Positions 29,500 through 39,226 of a stretch of DNA of 51,743 bases are shown one piece after another. Within the stretch, counting starts at the first letter, position 1. Every line of letters begins with the position of its first letter. The notes under the pieces are model-generated. The model was not told where the DNA came from. It was given only the letters and a program-made list of their open reading frames with translations, and ran no database searches. Source of the DNA: a virus (lineage: Duplodnaviria; Caudoviricetes); the IMG/VR virus record IMGVR_UViG_3300021197_001176, positions 1-51,743 of that record; one strand, written 5' to 3'. Position numbers and translations under genes: made by a program.

Positions 29500-30352
29500 A
29501 CTCTACCATAGCCCTATCAAGACTTAGCGGCTTGGTAAGGTGTTCTAAGTCAGACAATAGAACGGTTAAATACTTTTCCTTCTCATGGTCTACGGTCAAT
29601 TTGTACTTATCTTGAACAAACCATGATAGCGTTTCTTGTGTTTCGGTATTCACAAATGTGTTTCTATCCCTACCGCCTATTACAGTTATATTTTCCCTAA
29701 TAGTATTTCTACAAAAGTTTTTGAACACCGCACCGAAAGCCCAAACAGACAACGGCATCACTATATCTTCTTTTAGTACTTGTTCGGAATGATGACTGAC
29801 ATTATTTTTGGTTTCGTATTTAGTAATTAACTGAATATCTTCTTCGTGGTTCATGTAGTCAAAGATTCCTATTTGATTCTCATGTATCATACCGTGAGTA
29901 GTAGTAGAAAACTCTTGCATTAGATTTACCGTAAGATAACATAGAGAATCAACGCCTTTATTGTTTAGTGCTAAGACTATATCTCTAATAATTGGGTATG
30001 TGTATAACCACGATATAGAAGATTCATCATCGTTGTGTACAGGGAATGTATGTGTAATCCTAAGAATAAAGAATCTATCACCATCCATATTTTTCTTTTC
30101 AAACAATCTCCATTCGGGAAATACAGGTTCGGGGTAATTATTGAAAGGTTCGACTTGATGCAACCTACTAAAGATTCTAGCAACAGGTTTCTCATCACCT
30201 ATCAAACCCATACCTGTAATAAAACTAGCATAACCCTTTTCATTCTGATTAAAAACTATAAGAGTCGTAGGTGTTTTCGATGTATGTTCACCGTATATCT
30301 TATTCCATACAATATCTGTATCACCATAAGTTTCTACTATGTTAGCCTTCAT
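29474..30352 (-). CDS. Hypothetical protein, possibly PAC2 (proteasome assembly chaperone)-like fold
   Basis: Pattern resemblance only (YPIIRDIVLALNNKGVDSLCYL). Confidence 0.3.
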   Translation of the reverse strand: MKANIVETYGDTDIVWNKIYGEHTSKTPTTLIVFNQNEKGYASFITGMGLIGDEKPVARIFSRLHQVEPFNNYPEPVFPEWRLFEKKNMDGDRFFILRITHTFPVHNDDESSISWLYTYPIIRDIVLALNNKGVDSLCYLTVNLMQEFSTTTHGMIHENQIGIFDYMNHEEDIQLITKYETKNNVSHHSEQVLKEDIVMPLSVWAFGAVFKNFCRNTIRENITVIGGRDRNTFVNTETQETLSWFVQDKYKLTVDHEKEKYLTVLLSDLEHLTKPLSLDRAMVEFGGDEFGE

Positions 30353-30774
30353 TGTTCCACCGCCTTACTTTTAGCGTAATTTTGTAATACTTTAGGAAAC
30401 TTACTTAGTTTCTTTTTACTTTTAATCATTTTATCATACGCTACTTCTAAATCTCTTGCTGTGTAAATATTAGTAGGAGTCAATTGTCCCGATGGACTTC
30501 TTTTCGATTCCATCCTACTGTCAAACAATATACTCCTACTTAGTTTTGCGGATAATTGTATTGTAGTATTACCGCTACCATTTCCCCTTAGTCTAAGTGG
30601 ATGATACCTATTACCATTATTATTTCTGTTTTCGTATCTTTCTTCATTCTTTCTTTTTAGTCGGTCTTTGTCATTCAATATTTTGTTTATCTCATACGCT
30701 GTCATTCCTTGCGGCTTGTCTTTTAGTATTTGATATACTTCGTCTTGAAGCATTTGTCCTGTCGCTCTACTCAT
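30349..30774 (-). CDS. Winged-helix DNA-binding protein
   Basis: ILKDKPQGMTAYEI...QLSAKL; basic. Confidence 0.6.
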   Translation of the reverse strand: MSRATGQMLQDEVYQILKDKPQGMTAYEINKILNDKDRLKRKNEERYENRNNNGNRYHPLRLRGNGSGNTTIQLSAKLSRSILFDSRMESKRSPSGQLTPTNIYTARDLEVAYDKMIKSKKKLSKFPKVLQNYAKSKAVEQ

Positions 30775-30880
30775 ATTCCTTCTCTCCTTTTCTTTCGATT
30801 ATAAACTTTTTAATTCTTTTTTTTATTTCTGCTTTTCACAAAAAGAATAAAACGATGTACTGCTCTCCATTTTCTAATTA

Positions 30881-30907
30881 ATTTTATTTCTTCTATAGTA
30901 TAGATGA
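30881..30907 (+). repeat. 27-bp sequence duplicated in inverted orientation at 51703-51729
   Basis: ATTTTATTTCTTCTATAGTATAGATGA versus reverse complement ATTTTATTTCTTCTATAGTATGGATGA (1 mismatch). Confidence 0.85.
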
Positions 30908-31008
30908 GAATAATAGTAGTGGGCTTACCAAACATACTATTGAATTAATTAAAGAATTAACAAAACCGCAGTACTGCAAGCCTGTTATTCTTTTTGCGTA
31001 ATTTAGAA

Positions 31009-31893
31009 TCATAAAAAGAATAAATAATTTTCACGCTCTAACTTATTTTTATCGGAAAACCAAAGGTTAGGGCTGTATTTATTCCATGCCTTTTTGTCTG
31101 TTAATTTTGATAAATTACCCAAACTTATTTCATCATCTAAGTTTTCTAAAATCTGTTTCAAGACACCATGTAAAACATCGTTGTTTTCCATACATACAAG
31201 CCCGTCATTGGTGTGTGCGGGTACAGGTTGAACATACCCACCACCACACTTAACTCTCACCGCTATGGTGTAGTATTTTGGTAATTGTGTTATCTCTAGT
31301 AAGATTTGGTTATGTCGCCTTCTATTTATTCTTGCCTCTAGTGTATCTATTATTAGATTTGTCGTAAAAACACTAGCAAGCACTCTACCCTTCTTAAGAT
31401 TTCTCATTTCTTTAGTGGCTTTACTGTCCATTAACAATATTTTTGGTCTTTCGCTCGTTCTCAAGTTTACAACACTAGATAAATTATCACGACAAGCAAG
31501 GAAAAACATATCATCCAATTGTAGTGGTTTCTTTTTCGGTATCTCTAATACGCGGTTGTCGGTACAGATGAATGTAATTTCTACATCGTCTGCATCGTAA
31601 ATAGCATCATGTATTATTGCTTTTAGCGAAAAACTAGATGGTCTGTTTTCTATACAATTTCTATACATGAAATTAAACTCGGATTTACTCAAAGGTTCTT
31701 GGCGGCATGACTCATAACAGTAGTCTAATAACTGCTTCAATACTTCTCTCCTAATAATATGGAAATACTCATTACTCTTATTCTTTAATACTACATCACA
31801 TTGTTGTATAACAGTTTTACCCTCATCGTTTCTCCTTACGGGTGAAGCATGATATATAGTTAAATCTTTTAAGTTAAAAGTAAATGTTCTCAT
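31009..31893 (-). CDS. Hypothetical protein
   Basis: About 294-aa ORF, likely start MRTFTF coupled to upstream stop. Confidence 0.55.
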   Translation of the reverse strand: MRTFTFNLKDLTIYHASPVRRNDEGKTVIQQCDVVLKNKSNEYFHIIRREVLKQLLDYCYESCRQEPLSKSEFNFMYRNCIENRPSSFSLKAIIHDAIYDADDVEITFICTDNRVLEIPKKKPLQLDDMFFLACRDNLSSVVNLRTSERPKILLMDSKATKEMRNLKKGRVLASVFTTNLIIDTLEARINRRRHNQILLEITQLPKYYTIAVRVKCGGGYVQPVPAHTNDGLVCMENNDVLHGVLKQILENLDDEISLGNLSKLTDKKAWNKYSPNLWFSDKNKLERENYLFFL

Positions 31894-32195
31894 TCTTCCC
31901 ACGTCCACTCCCAAGGTTCTGTCCAATCATAGATTATCTCACCTATGTCTATGTATTGCTCTTGTGTAGCACCGCACTTTTCACATACTACTTCGGCATA
32001 CATCTCAAATAATTCTGTGCCTTGTGTTGCTAAATATTTTTTCCAAGTATCTAAATCACCAACGGGCTTTGATTTTATTTTGACCGTTATATTATTAGTA
32101 TACAAATCTTCATGCGGGCATCTCTCTTGTATGTATTCTTCCGCCATGTCGCTTCTCATATCAGCGTCTAGTTTTTCCCATGTATGTTCATTCAT
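31890..32195 (-). CDS. Small Zn-binding hypothetical protein
   Basis: CPH...CEKCG; ATGA overlap. Confidence 0.55.
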   Translation of the reverse strand: MNEHTWEKLDADMRSDMAEEYIQERCPHEDLYTNNITVKIKSKPVGDLDTWKKYLATQGTELFEMYAEVVCEKCGATQEQYIDIGEIIYDWTEPWEWTWEE

Positions 32196-32377
32196 TCTTC
32201 CTCATCCTCACTTACTTTTACGGGTAATGTTCGTAATCCACCTTCATACACAACACCGTTTACCTCTACTTTAAGGTACAGTTTATGTTCATAGAAATCA
32301 CAATCTAATATTTTTCCCCTACCTATCGGTGGGCTACTGTATTTTCCAAAGTTTATCCATCTTCTATTCTCGCTCAT
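32192..32377 (-). CDS. Hypothetical protein
   Basis: Coupled short ORF. Confidence 0.5.
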   Translation of the reverse strand: MSENRRWINFGKYSSPPIGRGKILDCDFYEHKLYLKVEVNGVVYEGGLRTLPVKVSEDEEE

Positions 32378-32693
32378 TTTTATTTCTCCTTACTGTTTCT
32401 TTTACCCTATCAATAGCATTCTTAAATCTCTTGATTGTTTTCTGCGGGGTTTTCGCTTTGAATTGACCTATAAACATAAACTCATAAGCCATTTCGATTG
32501 TATTTCTATATCGCTGTATGCGATTCTCATATTCGGGTACATAGACACCAAACTTTTGTGCTTGTTCAGCAACAATACTACTTGGGTCATGCCATTGTAA
32601 TGTCTTTATTACTAAATCTATATGTACTGCATTCTCATCTGCTTCTAGGTATTCATAATCTACATACGGCCATTGTGGTTCTAACTTCTTCAC
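32364..32693 (-). CDS. Hypothetical protein
   Basis: Coupled ORF. Confidence 0.5.
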   Translation of the reverse strand: MKKLEPQWPYVDYEYLEADENAVHIDLVIKTLQWHDPSSIVAEQAQKFGVYVPEYENRIQRYRNTIEMAYEFMFIGQFKAKTPQKTIKRFKNAIDRVKETVRRNKNERE

Positions 32694-32962
32694 TTAAGCC
32701 CCCCCAATTTCATTACTTCATCCATGTCCTCAATCTTGTATAGATTTACTTTGTATCTATCACCATTTAGTTTAACACCTACGCCTGTATTGTATTTACC
32801 TACACCTTTCATACTCTTTAGTATGTTAGATATATGCTTAGGGTTTTTTATTTTAGATAGTGCTTGGTAGTTTAATTTACCGTAAATCTCTTGTGCTGTT
32901 AAGCCTTGTTCTTGGCCGATAAGTGCCTTAGCGACCATGCGTTTTAACTGTACTTTTCTCAT
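32690..32962 (-). CDS. Winged-helix DNA-binding protein
   Basis: QGLTAQEIY...NPKHISNILK; similar to 30349-30774. Confidence 0.6.
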   Translation of the reverse strand: MRKVQLKRMVAKALIGQEQGLTAQEIYGKLNYQALSKIKNPKHISNILKSMKGVGKYNTGVGVKLNGDRYKVNLYKIEDMDEVMKLGGLK

Positions 32963-32969
32963 AATATCC

Positions 32970-33260
32970 CTACTCTTCTTCTATATATAAGGTGTTCGAT
33001 TGCGTGTCTAAAGCGTCATAATCTACATATTCATTTGCCGCTTTTACTACATCTCTAATATTTTCGTTTGGGTGAGCATCTAGTGAATACTCAAGTATCT
33101 TTTGTGCGTACACTACCGCATCCATCAATTCTTCTTTCAAATGTTGTACCCATTCGACAAAAGATAGGTCGTCCCTATCCATTGTAGTACCGTATTTAGC
33201 CTCACCTTTTTTAGCACGTTGTCTAATCTCAGCAATTACTTTTTCCTCAATACTACTCAT
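32970..33260 (-). CDS. All-alpha NTP pyrophosphohydrolase-like (MazG-superfamily) protein
   Basis: R...G..KYGTT..R.DL...EW..HL.EELMDA..Y pattern common in phage proteins. Confidence 0.6.
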   Translation of the reverse strand: MSSIEEKVIAEIRQRAKKGEAKYGTTMDRDDLSFVEWVQHLKEELMDAVVYAQKILEYSLDAHPNENIRDVVKAANEYVDYDALDTQSNTLYIEEE

Positions 33261-33478
33261 TCCTCATCATCTCCTAATGGTGGGTCGAGAATTAATTCTA
33301 TTGTATTTGCCCCATCATACACAATACCTACAACCCTACAATCTCTTAAGCCCTCAATCCTCTCTATGGCGTTTCTTAATTGCTGACACCTAACAAAGTA
33401 CCCACTACGTTGTGTAGCAGGTAGGTGATAGGTATTATCCACTTTTTTCATGTCAAGAAAAACTCTCTCATCACTCAT
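33257..33478 (-). CDS. Hypothetical protein
   Basis: Coupled ORF. Confidence 0.5.
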   Translation of the reverse strand: MSDERVFLDMKKVDNTYHLPATQRSGYFVRCQQLRNAIERIEGLRDCRVVGIVYDGANTIELILDPPLGDDEE

Positions 33479-33723
33479 AATTCATCTCTCCATTCTTCTA
33501 CTGCTTTAGCACAAAACTCTCTACTAAAACCAAAACTACTAATCAAGAAATTAGTCATCTCATCATCACTTACATTATCGGGGTGTATTTCATCCATCCT
33601 CATTTTTCTTTTAAGGTGGCTTTTCATATTCCTCATACTTGTAATACTTGTCGGCATATCACCTGCATAGCCTGTATCTTTGTCATCTCTAGGTAATTGA
33701 GGCATTAGTACCAACCCCCACAT
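33475..33723 (-). CDS. Hypothetical protein
   Basis: Coupled ORF; start uncertain. Confidence 0.5.
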   Translation of the reverse strand: MWGLVLMPQLPRDDKDTGYAGDMPTSITSMRNMKSHLKRKMRMDEIHPDNVSDDEMTNFLISSFGFSREFCAKAVEEWRDEL

Positions 33724-33894
33724 TTACCACAATAATTAGGGTACATAGGTTTAGCGTAAAATAGTCCTTTTCTTTTACCGCAATTACATCTATGGTCTTT
33801 GAAACTCATTCCTCTTCACCTGTGTAATTTCTACGTGCTTTATACTTTCTATTGTATAGATACAATCGTGCTGCATTCTGTCTTTTGTTAGGCA

Positions 33895-34230
33895 TTACTC
33901 TTCACTCTCCGGTGCTTTACCTTCTCTTATGGTAAAAGTATTTGGTTTTAGCCATACTATATCCTTTCTTGGGCGGATAGTTCGTGTATCATAGTCCGAT
34001 GGATTGGGTACTGTATGTACTTCTTCATGTGGTGATTGTGTCAAGTATAGATTTGCTATTGTGTTTACATCCCAATGACCTTGTTTAACGGTAAAAATAC
34101 TACCGGACTTTAGATGTATGTCTAAATAACCATTTTCGACTATTGCCGCAATCTCTCGTCTATCTATCTTTACTTTTCCGGTATTACAAACTAATGTTTC
34201 ACTCCAATATTCTCTTTTTAATTCACTCAT
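33895..34230 (-). CDS. Hypothetical protein
   Basis: 111-aa ORF in dense cluster. Confidence 0.55.
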   Translation of the reverse strand: MSELKREYWSETLVCNTGKVKIDRREIAAIVENGYLDIHLKSGSIFTVKQGHWDVNTIANLYLTQSPHEEVHTVPNPSDYDTRTIRPRKDIVWLKPNTFTIREGKAPESEE

Positions 34231-34231
34231 T

Positions 34232-34459
34232 TTATATCGCCCCTATTTTATCTTCTAACTCTTGTATTCTCTCTTGTATTTGACAATGCACATCTTCCAT
34301 CTCCATACCTGCATGGTGGCTCATAGATACATCACTAGGCAAACTACTTTCGACTTCGTATATGTAATGTAAAGCATATTCACAAGCCTCTTCCGCCCTT
34401 CTTAGCGTATCTAATTCATCAGCAATCTCTTGTAGTCTGACCTCAATCATCTTACTCAT
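34232..34459 (-). CDS. Acidic coiled-coil hypothetical protein
   Basis: 75-aa ORF. Confidence 0.55.
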   Translation of the reverse strand: MSKMIEVRLQEIADELDTLRRAEEACEYALHYIYEVESSLPSDVSMSHHAGMEMEDVHCQIQERIQELEDKIGAI

Positions 34460-34642
34460 CTAAGCCACCTGCCAATCTGCATAACCTTCTAAATGTATAT
34501 GTTGTTGTAGATTACTTATTACATCATCCATAAACTCATCAATGCTTTGGTGCATCAAATCCGATTCTACGTCAATCTCTATTTCTTCTTCTAATTCTAC
34601 TTTTACTTTTACCGTTATTGTAGTCATCTTACTCATCTCCAT
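34460..34642 (-). CDS. Acidic hypothetical protein
   Basis: 60-aa ORF abutting next gene. Confidence 0.5.
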   Translation of the reverse strand: MEMSKMTTITVKVKVELEEEIEIDVESDLMHQSIDEFMDDVISNLQQHIHLEGYADWQVA

Positions 34643-34752
34643 TCCATTCTTTCAAGGCTCTCATTATCTCTTCAATGTCATCACCATTAAGAGGCTGTTG
34701 TCCATATACATACCATATAAACGTGCATATATCTTCTAATTCTGTATTCATC

Positions 34753-35016
34753 TTACTCACCTCTTGTTTCCACTTTGGGCATACCATTGTAGTGTCTATC
34801 ATTCCAATACTGAAGTGCTATTCCCGAAACCTCATTACCAAAGTCATTTTGAAACCATCGAATAAACAATCCCCATTCTTCATCACTAATTGGTATTTGG
34901 TTTCCTTCTTCGTCTTGATAATCTTCATCATCCATCATATCCTCTATGTGTTCTTTCTCAATGTATTGCCACAATGTCGGCTTTAATTGTTGCCATAATC
35001 TTTCTTCATTATTCAT
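34753..35016 (-). CDS. Acidic hypothetical protein
   Basis: 87-aa ORF, GGAGA RBS. Confidence 0.55.
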   Translation of the reverse strand: MNNEERLWQQLKPTLWQYIEKEHIEDMMDDEDYQDEEGNQIPISDEEWGLFIRWFQNDFGNEVSGIALQYWNDRHYNGMPKVETRGE

Positions 35017-35187
35017 CTAAGGCATCTCCCAATGAAAACTACTATCTATGTCCACATAATCGTCAATATTATTACGAACATAATCCATGTAATCATCAAT
35101 ACTTTGGTGTATCAAATCATCAAACTCAATCTCTATTTCTTCTTCCAATTCTATTTTTACTTTTATCTTAATACTACTCATTCTTCT

Positions 35188-35457
35188 TCACCATCCTTCC
35201 GGTTCTTCTTCTAACATAATCCAATGTGCTTTAATGTCTTTAGTCGAATATATATCTCCGGCATCGGAAGTCCATAGGATTACACCCATGTCTCCAACCC
35301 AATGACTAGCAATCGTCATTGTAATACCGTTGTGTATATTCTCAAACATTACATTTGTTATGTCGTGTTCACCTTCCGGTATAGGGGCAGTCCTTCTTAA
35401 TCTATCATTCTTTATTCTTACTTCTTCTTTATTCATTTTATTCCTCTCCATACGCAT
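35188..35457 (-). CDS. Hypothetical protein
   Basis: About 82-89-aa ORF. Confidence 0.5.
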   Translation of the reverse strand: MRMERNKMNKEEVRIKNDRLRRTAPIPEGEHDITNVMFENIHNGITMTIASHWVGDMGVILWTSDAGDIYSTKDIKAHWIMLEEEPEGW

Positions 35458-35898
35458 TAGCGTCTAACATTCTATGTAGAATAGTTTTAACGTGCAGTAT
35501 TCTTCTTCTTGTTGCTGCATCCTCAATATCTTCTACAATATCGCCATTGTCTATCATATCTAGCATTGAGCGATATATTTCTCTTTCCATTTCCTTTTCA
35601 TATTCTTTACTCATTTTTGTTATCTCCTTTGTCGGCTCTCGCCATGTTTCTAACTAAAGACTTATCCTTTTTAAGTCTGTCGTTCTTGACTCTTAAGCGT
35701 CTTTTTTTATTTAAGAAAAAACTACTCATTCTATTTCCTCTCCATCATCTAATACATTACCGCATGATACTACATATCTTTTTGCTTTACATCTAGTACA
35801 TTCTACATCTACTTCTGTCAATAATCTATTCTTAGATACAACACTTACTGTATAGACTCTTATTACAGACCATACACAACCGTGATATTCACAATCAT

Positions 35899-36165
35899 TC
35901 ATTCTTCTTCACCTCTTGTTAATTGTGTCCTTCTATACCAATCAATCCACTCTAAATGCTCTATAACTGTTTCATCATCTATACATTGTATGCAACAACA
36001 ATCCCATTCATGGTCGGTGCATTCTATTATGAATACCTTTTCTCCATTTCGTATGCCCCAACCCACATATTTACTTGCTTCTACACGATTATAAATATCT
36101 TCGTATGGATTATTACTTTTACCATAAATAAAACCTTGATTATAATATAAGTCGGGCATCTTCAT
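35899..36165 (-). CDS. Cys-rich hypothetical protein
   Basis: ECTDHEWDCCCIQC; coupled to upstream gene. Confidence 0.5.
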   Translation of the reverse strand: MKMPDLYYNQGFIYGKSNNPYEDIYNRVEASKYVGWGIRNGEKVFIIECTDHEWDCCCIQCIDDETVIEHLEWIDWYRRTQLTRGEEE

Positions 36166-36737
36166 TCTACCAACCCCAACCACCAATGAGGGGTACGCCT
36201 ATCATCCCACGTAGCAAACTCCTTGCTATGATAATAGCGTCTATAAGCCTGTATTGCTTCTTCGCCTCTTGCATGACTGATGATACCTTTTTCATCGTCT
36301 GTTATTACAGCAAAGGGCTTACTTACAGCAGTCATATAATCCGGTCTATACTCATCGGGCATAGCGAGAGCAAAGTGTGTACGATTGCCTTCGGGAATTA
36401 GTTTTACCATAGAACTAAGGTGTCTAATACCTGCCTCACAAAAGTGTATTTTACCGTACTTGTTAGTGTATTCTTTACATATCTCTAAAGCATGGCGTAC
36501 AGTCCAAACGTAATTATCGCTACTGTCGCCTACCCATCGAGTACACGGATGATTATGATAGCCACCCTTGAGAGGCGTACCTTTCTTAGTAAGTGGCATC
36601 ATGTCGGGTGTAGCACCATGTCTGATGACACTACTGCCTAGCATTTGTAGCATTTCTACGCACATTTTAGGTAGGTGTTTATTGCAGTAATCTCTAGCCG
36701 CTAATTCGGGGTTTTCATTTAAGACAAATATATTCAT
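36162..36737 (-). CDS. Pyrimidine-dimer DNA glycosylase (DenV/endonuclease V)-like protein
   Basis: MNIFVL....AA...C.KH..KM..E..QML, HNHPCT.W, AYR.YY...K pattern. Confidence 0.75.
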   Translation of the reverse strand: MNIFVLNENPELAARDYCNKHLPKMCVEMLQMLGSSVIRHGATPDMMPLTKKGTPLKGGYHNHPCTRWVGDSSDNYVWTVRHALEICKEYTNKYGKIHFCEAGIRHLSSMVKLIPEGNRTHFALAMPDEYRPDYMTAVSKPFAVITDDEKGIISHARGEEAIQAYRRYYHSKEFATWDDRRTPHWWLGLVE

Positions 36738-36899
36738 AGTAAATCCCTCACATCATCTATCTCTACAATTCCTCTATAAATAATAGGCTTTGCTTGAATA
36801 CCATCACTATATTCTAGTACGACATAGCACTCATCATCTCCATCACACCATGTCCATTCTAACACTCTCATATTTACTTGTATCGTCTTTTTACTCATA

Positions 36900-37292
36900 T
36901 TATACCCTCTCCTTCATAGTATTTAACTGTGTTGATTGTGCTTCTAAAGCGTCATTGTAGGCATCCCTAAGTATCTTAGGCATTTGAGCAGGTGTCGCTC
37001 GCAAATGCTTTAGTGAAACTAATCTCTTTGCTACCTCATGTACGTTGTTAATATCATATTTGTAAACTCTATTTCCATTAACTATTTTCCAATCTTCTTT
37101 TACCTTAAAGAAAAGTCTATCCTTAGATAACAAAGATGCTAATTCACGATGACTACAAAGACCGATTTTCTTTTTACTTAAATCTGCTTTTTCGTATGCT
37201 TGAAGTAAAGAGGCAGCACTTTGTTTTCCGTTATCTCTAATATATCTATAACAGAAATCAGCCATGATTTTTCTAGGTCGCCTACTACTCAT
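36900..37292 (-). CDS. Winged-helix-like basic protein
   Basis: SHRELASLLSKDRLF; shares YDIN and TPAQM with 25959-26357. Confidence 0.55.
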   Translation of the reverse strand: MSSRRPRKIMADFCYRYIRDNGKQSAASLLQAYEKADLSKKKIGLCSHRELASLLSKDRLFFKVKEDWKIVNGNRVYKYDINNVHEVAKRLVSLKHLRATPAQMPKILRDAYNDALEAQSTQLNTMKERV

Positions 37293-37891
37293 TCTTCTTC
37301 ATCCTCACATTCACATTCAAAACAGGAATAACACCCAATACAAAAACCACTATCACATTCAACATAATCGTGTTCTTGCATTTCATCACCACATTCCCAA
37401 CAATACATTACACTATCTTCATCGTTGTCATTTAATCTGACATGACCTGTAATGTATTCACCTGTTTCTAAGATTGGTTCTTCGGTAAAAATAATACCTA
37501 AATCAGATATTTCTTTTATGTCGTCTTTATCTGAACAAGTGCTGTTATTAGAAATAGCACCATAGGGTACGATAGCCAATAAACCTGCATCAACACCCAT
37601 TTCCACACCTCTAATCCATCCACGCATTTCTTTTACGGTATTACTAAACTTCCAAGTACCATCTCCAAAAGGACTATCCCATACCTCTATATTGTAAATT
37701 ATACCATCTATACCCCACTCAATATAAACGGGATAATCGGGACAACCATTATCTTTATTTTCTTTTTCTCCATCCCATAGGGCTGTACAAAACTCATCCC
37801 ATCTATTATCATCTATGACATAGCAGGGGTCGCCTACATAGTACTTGTATTCGTAATAATTTGGTATATTCATAATATCACTCCGTGTCAA
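37289..37891 (-). CDS. Hypothetical protein with YVGDPCY/VDAG motifs and Cys-rich tail
   Basis: YYVGDPCYVI...GVDAGLLAIVP resembles DUF4241-like proteins; C-terminal Cys cluster. Confidence 0.5.
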   Translation of the reverse strand: MTRSDIMNIPNYYEYKYYVGDPCYVIDDNRWDEFCTALWDGEKENKDNGCPDYPVYIEWGIDGIIYNIEVWDSPFGDGTWKFSNTVKEMRGWIRGVEMGVDAGLLAIVPYGAISNNSTCSDKDDIKEISDLGIIFTEEPILETGEYITGHVRLNDNDEDSVMYCWECGDEMQEHDYVECDSGFCIGCYSCFECECEDEEE

Positions 37892-38183
37892 TGTAAGGCT
37901 CTAATCTAAGTCTATCGCACCAAAGCATTGTAAACAATGTCGCTGTAATTTGTCGGTATATTTCTTCTTCATTGTGTCTAAACCACTTTGAATCAATAAA
38001 TTGTTTAGCCATATCTTCGGGCATACCTATCTCTCTCGCTGCTGTATAAAAAGCAGCCCAAATATTATTTTTAGCGTAATTCTTAGCGTAAGAAATATTA
38101 GTGTTAAAGTCGTGTTCACCGTATAATGTCTCTATCTCTTCATCATACTTGTGTAAGTTAGTTAGTGTATCTTTTAGTGCCAT
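37878..38183 (-). CDS. Hypothetical protein
   Basis: 101-aa ORF, GAGG RBS. Confidence 0.55.
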   Translation of the reverse strand: MALKDTLTNLHKYDEEIETLYGEHDFNTNISYAKNYAKNNIWAAFYTAAREIGMPEDMAKQFIDSKWFRHNEEEIYRQITATLFTMLWCDRLRLEPYIDTE

Positions 38184-38185
38184 AT

Positions 38186-38455
38186 TTATTCCTCTTCTTC
38201 TATTTCATCACCTAGAAAATTAAACTCACAATCAAAGGACACAGTATCTAAAGTCCTAGAATCTACTTTTACGGGTATTATAATATCTTTGTGTGTTTCT
38301 TTATCTTGCATACCGAAGAAATTGAAATCACTTGTTTCATCATTTTTATCAACGACTATAATTCTAAGCAAATGCTTAATATCACCTTCGCCTCTTAATA
38401 TTCTTATTTCTTTTATGCCGTGTCCATTCATACCTATGCTATTCATTTTATTCAT
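38186..38455 (-). CDS. Hypothetical protein
   Basis: Coupled ORF. Confidence 0.55.
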   Translation of the reverse strand: MNKMNSIGMNGHGIKEIRILRGEGDIKHLLRIIVVDKNDETSDFNFFGMQDKETHKDIIIPVKVDSRTLDTVSFDCEFNFLGDEIEEEE

Positions 38456-38679
38456 CTCCTAAATCCTTGATTCCATTCTTCTAAATTATTTTGGATGTTT
38501 ACATTTGCATCCTGCCAATCTTTTAGTATTTGCTCTATGTCCCATGTTGCTCTATTTATTTTATTGTATTCAACATCGTCTACTATATTTGTATCTCTAT
38601 TCAGTTTATGTAGTGCATCCATAGCATTTTCTAATTCTGTTAGGGCTAAGTCTACCATCTCTTCTTCTCTTTTACTCAT
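38452..38679 (-). CDS. Coiled-coil hypothetical protein
   Basis: Preceded by class II promoter motif and GGAGA. Confidence 0.6.
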   Translation of the reverse strand: MSKREEEMVDLALTELENAMDALHKLNRDTNIVDDVEYNKINRATWDIEQILKDWQDANVNIQNNLEEWNQGFRR

Positions 38680-39017
38680 ATATATCTCTCCTTTTCCATC
38701 TTATTTAAGTCTGTTGTTTGTGATTCTAAAGCGTCATCAGCCCATCTACCATCAGCGATTCCATGATACTCACTATTGATTCCGAATATTCTGTTAAACC
38801 AAATTACTTTTACCTCATCAGTATCTCTATCTAAATCACAATAAGCAGCAATCAATTCATTCATAAAATAAAAATAATCTTCTATAAAAAGCGATTTACC
38901 GTCAATCCATTCTACAACCAAGTAAAGTTTGTTTTCTCCGAAATCTAAATTGAAATCTGTATTAGATTCGTTTATCCAATTATAAACTTGATTTGTAATA
39001 ATATTTAGATTAGCCAT
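38676..39017 (-). CDS. Hypothetical protein
   Basis: 113-aa coupled ORF. Confidence 0.55.
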   Translation of the reverse strand: MANLNIITNQVYNWINESNTDFNLDFGENKLYLVVEWIDGKSLFIEDYFYFMNELIAAYCDLDRDTDEVKVIWFNRIFGINSEYHGIADGRWADDALESQTTDLNKMEKERYI

Positions 39018-39226
39018 TATGCGTTCACCTCTTTATCAAACTCTTCTTCATTAAATTGAATAGTTTTACCGTTAATACAAATACCTGTAATATCTGATAA
39101 AACCGCTACCCTATCCCTATCTTTGAAAGCGACTGTAATAGGGTAATCTAACCAATCAAAATCATTTCTATCTTTTTCTCTTAACTCAAAAACATAACCG
39201 ATTATATCATTTAATGTTAAACTCAT
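39017..39226 (-). CDS. Hypothetical protein
   Basis: GAGGTGA RBS. Confidence 0.55.
   Translation of the reverse strand: MSLTLNDIIGYVFELREKDRNDFDWLDYPITVAFKDRDRVAVLSDITGICINGKTIQFNEEEFDKEVNA

Noticed and set aside
31890-38455. Shared acidic EEE C-termini as a protein targeting signal
   Set aside because: More simply explained by overlap with the next gene's purine-rich RBS and ATGA coupling (GAGGAAGAATGA)
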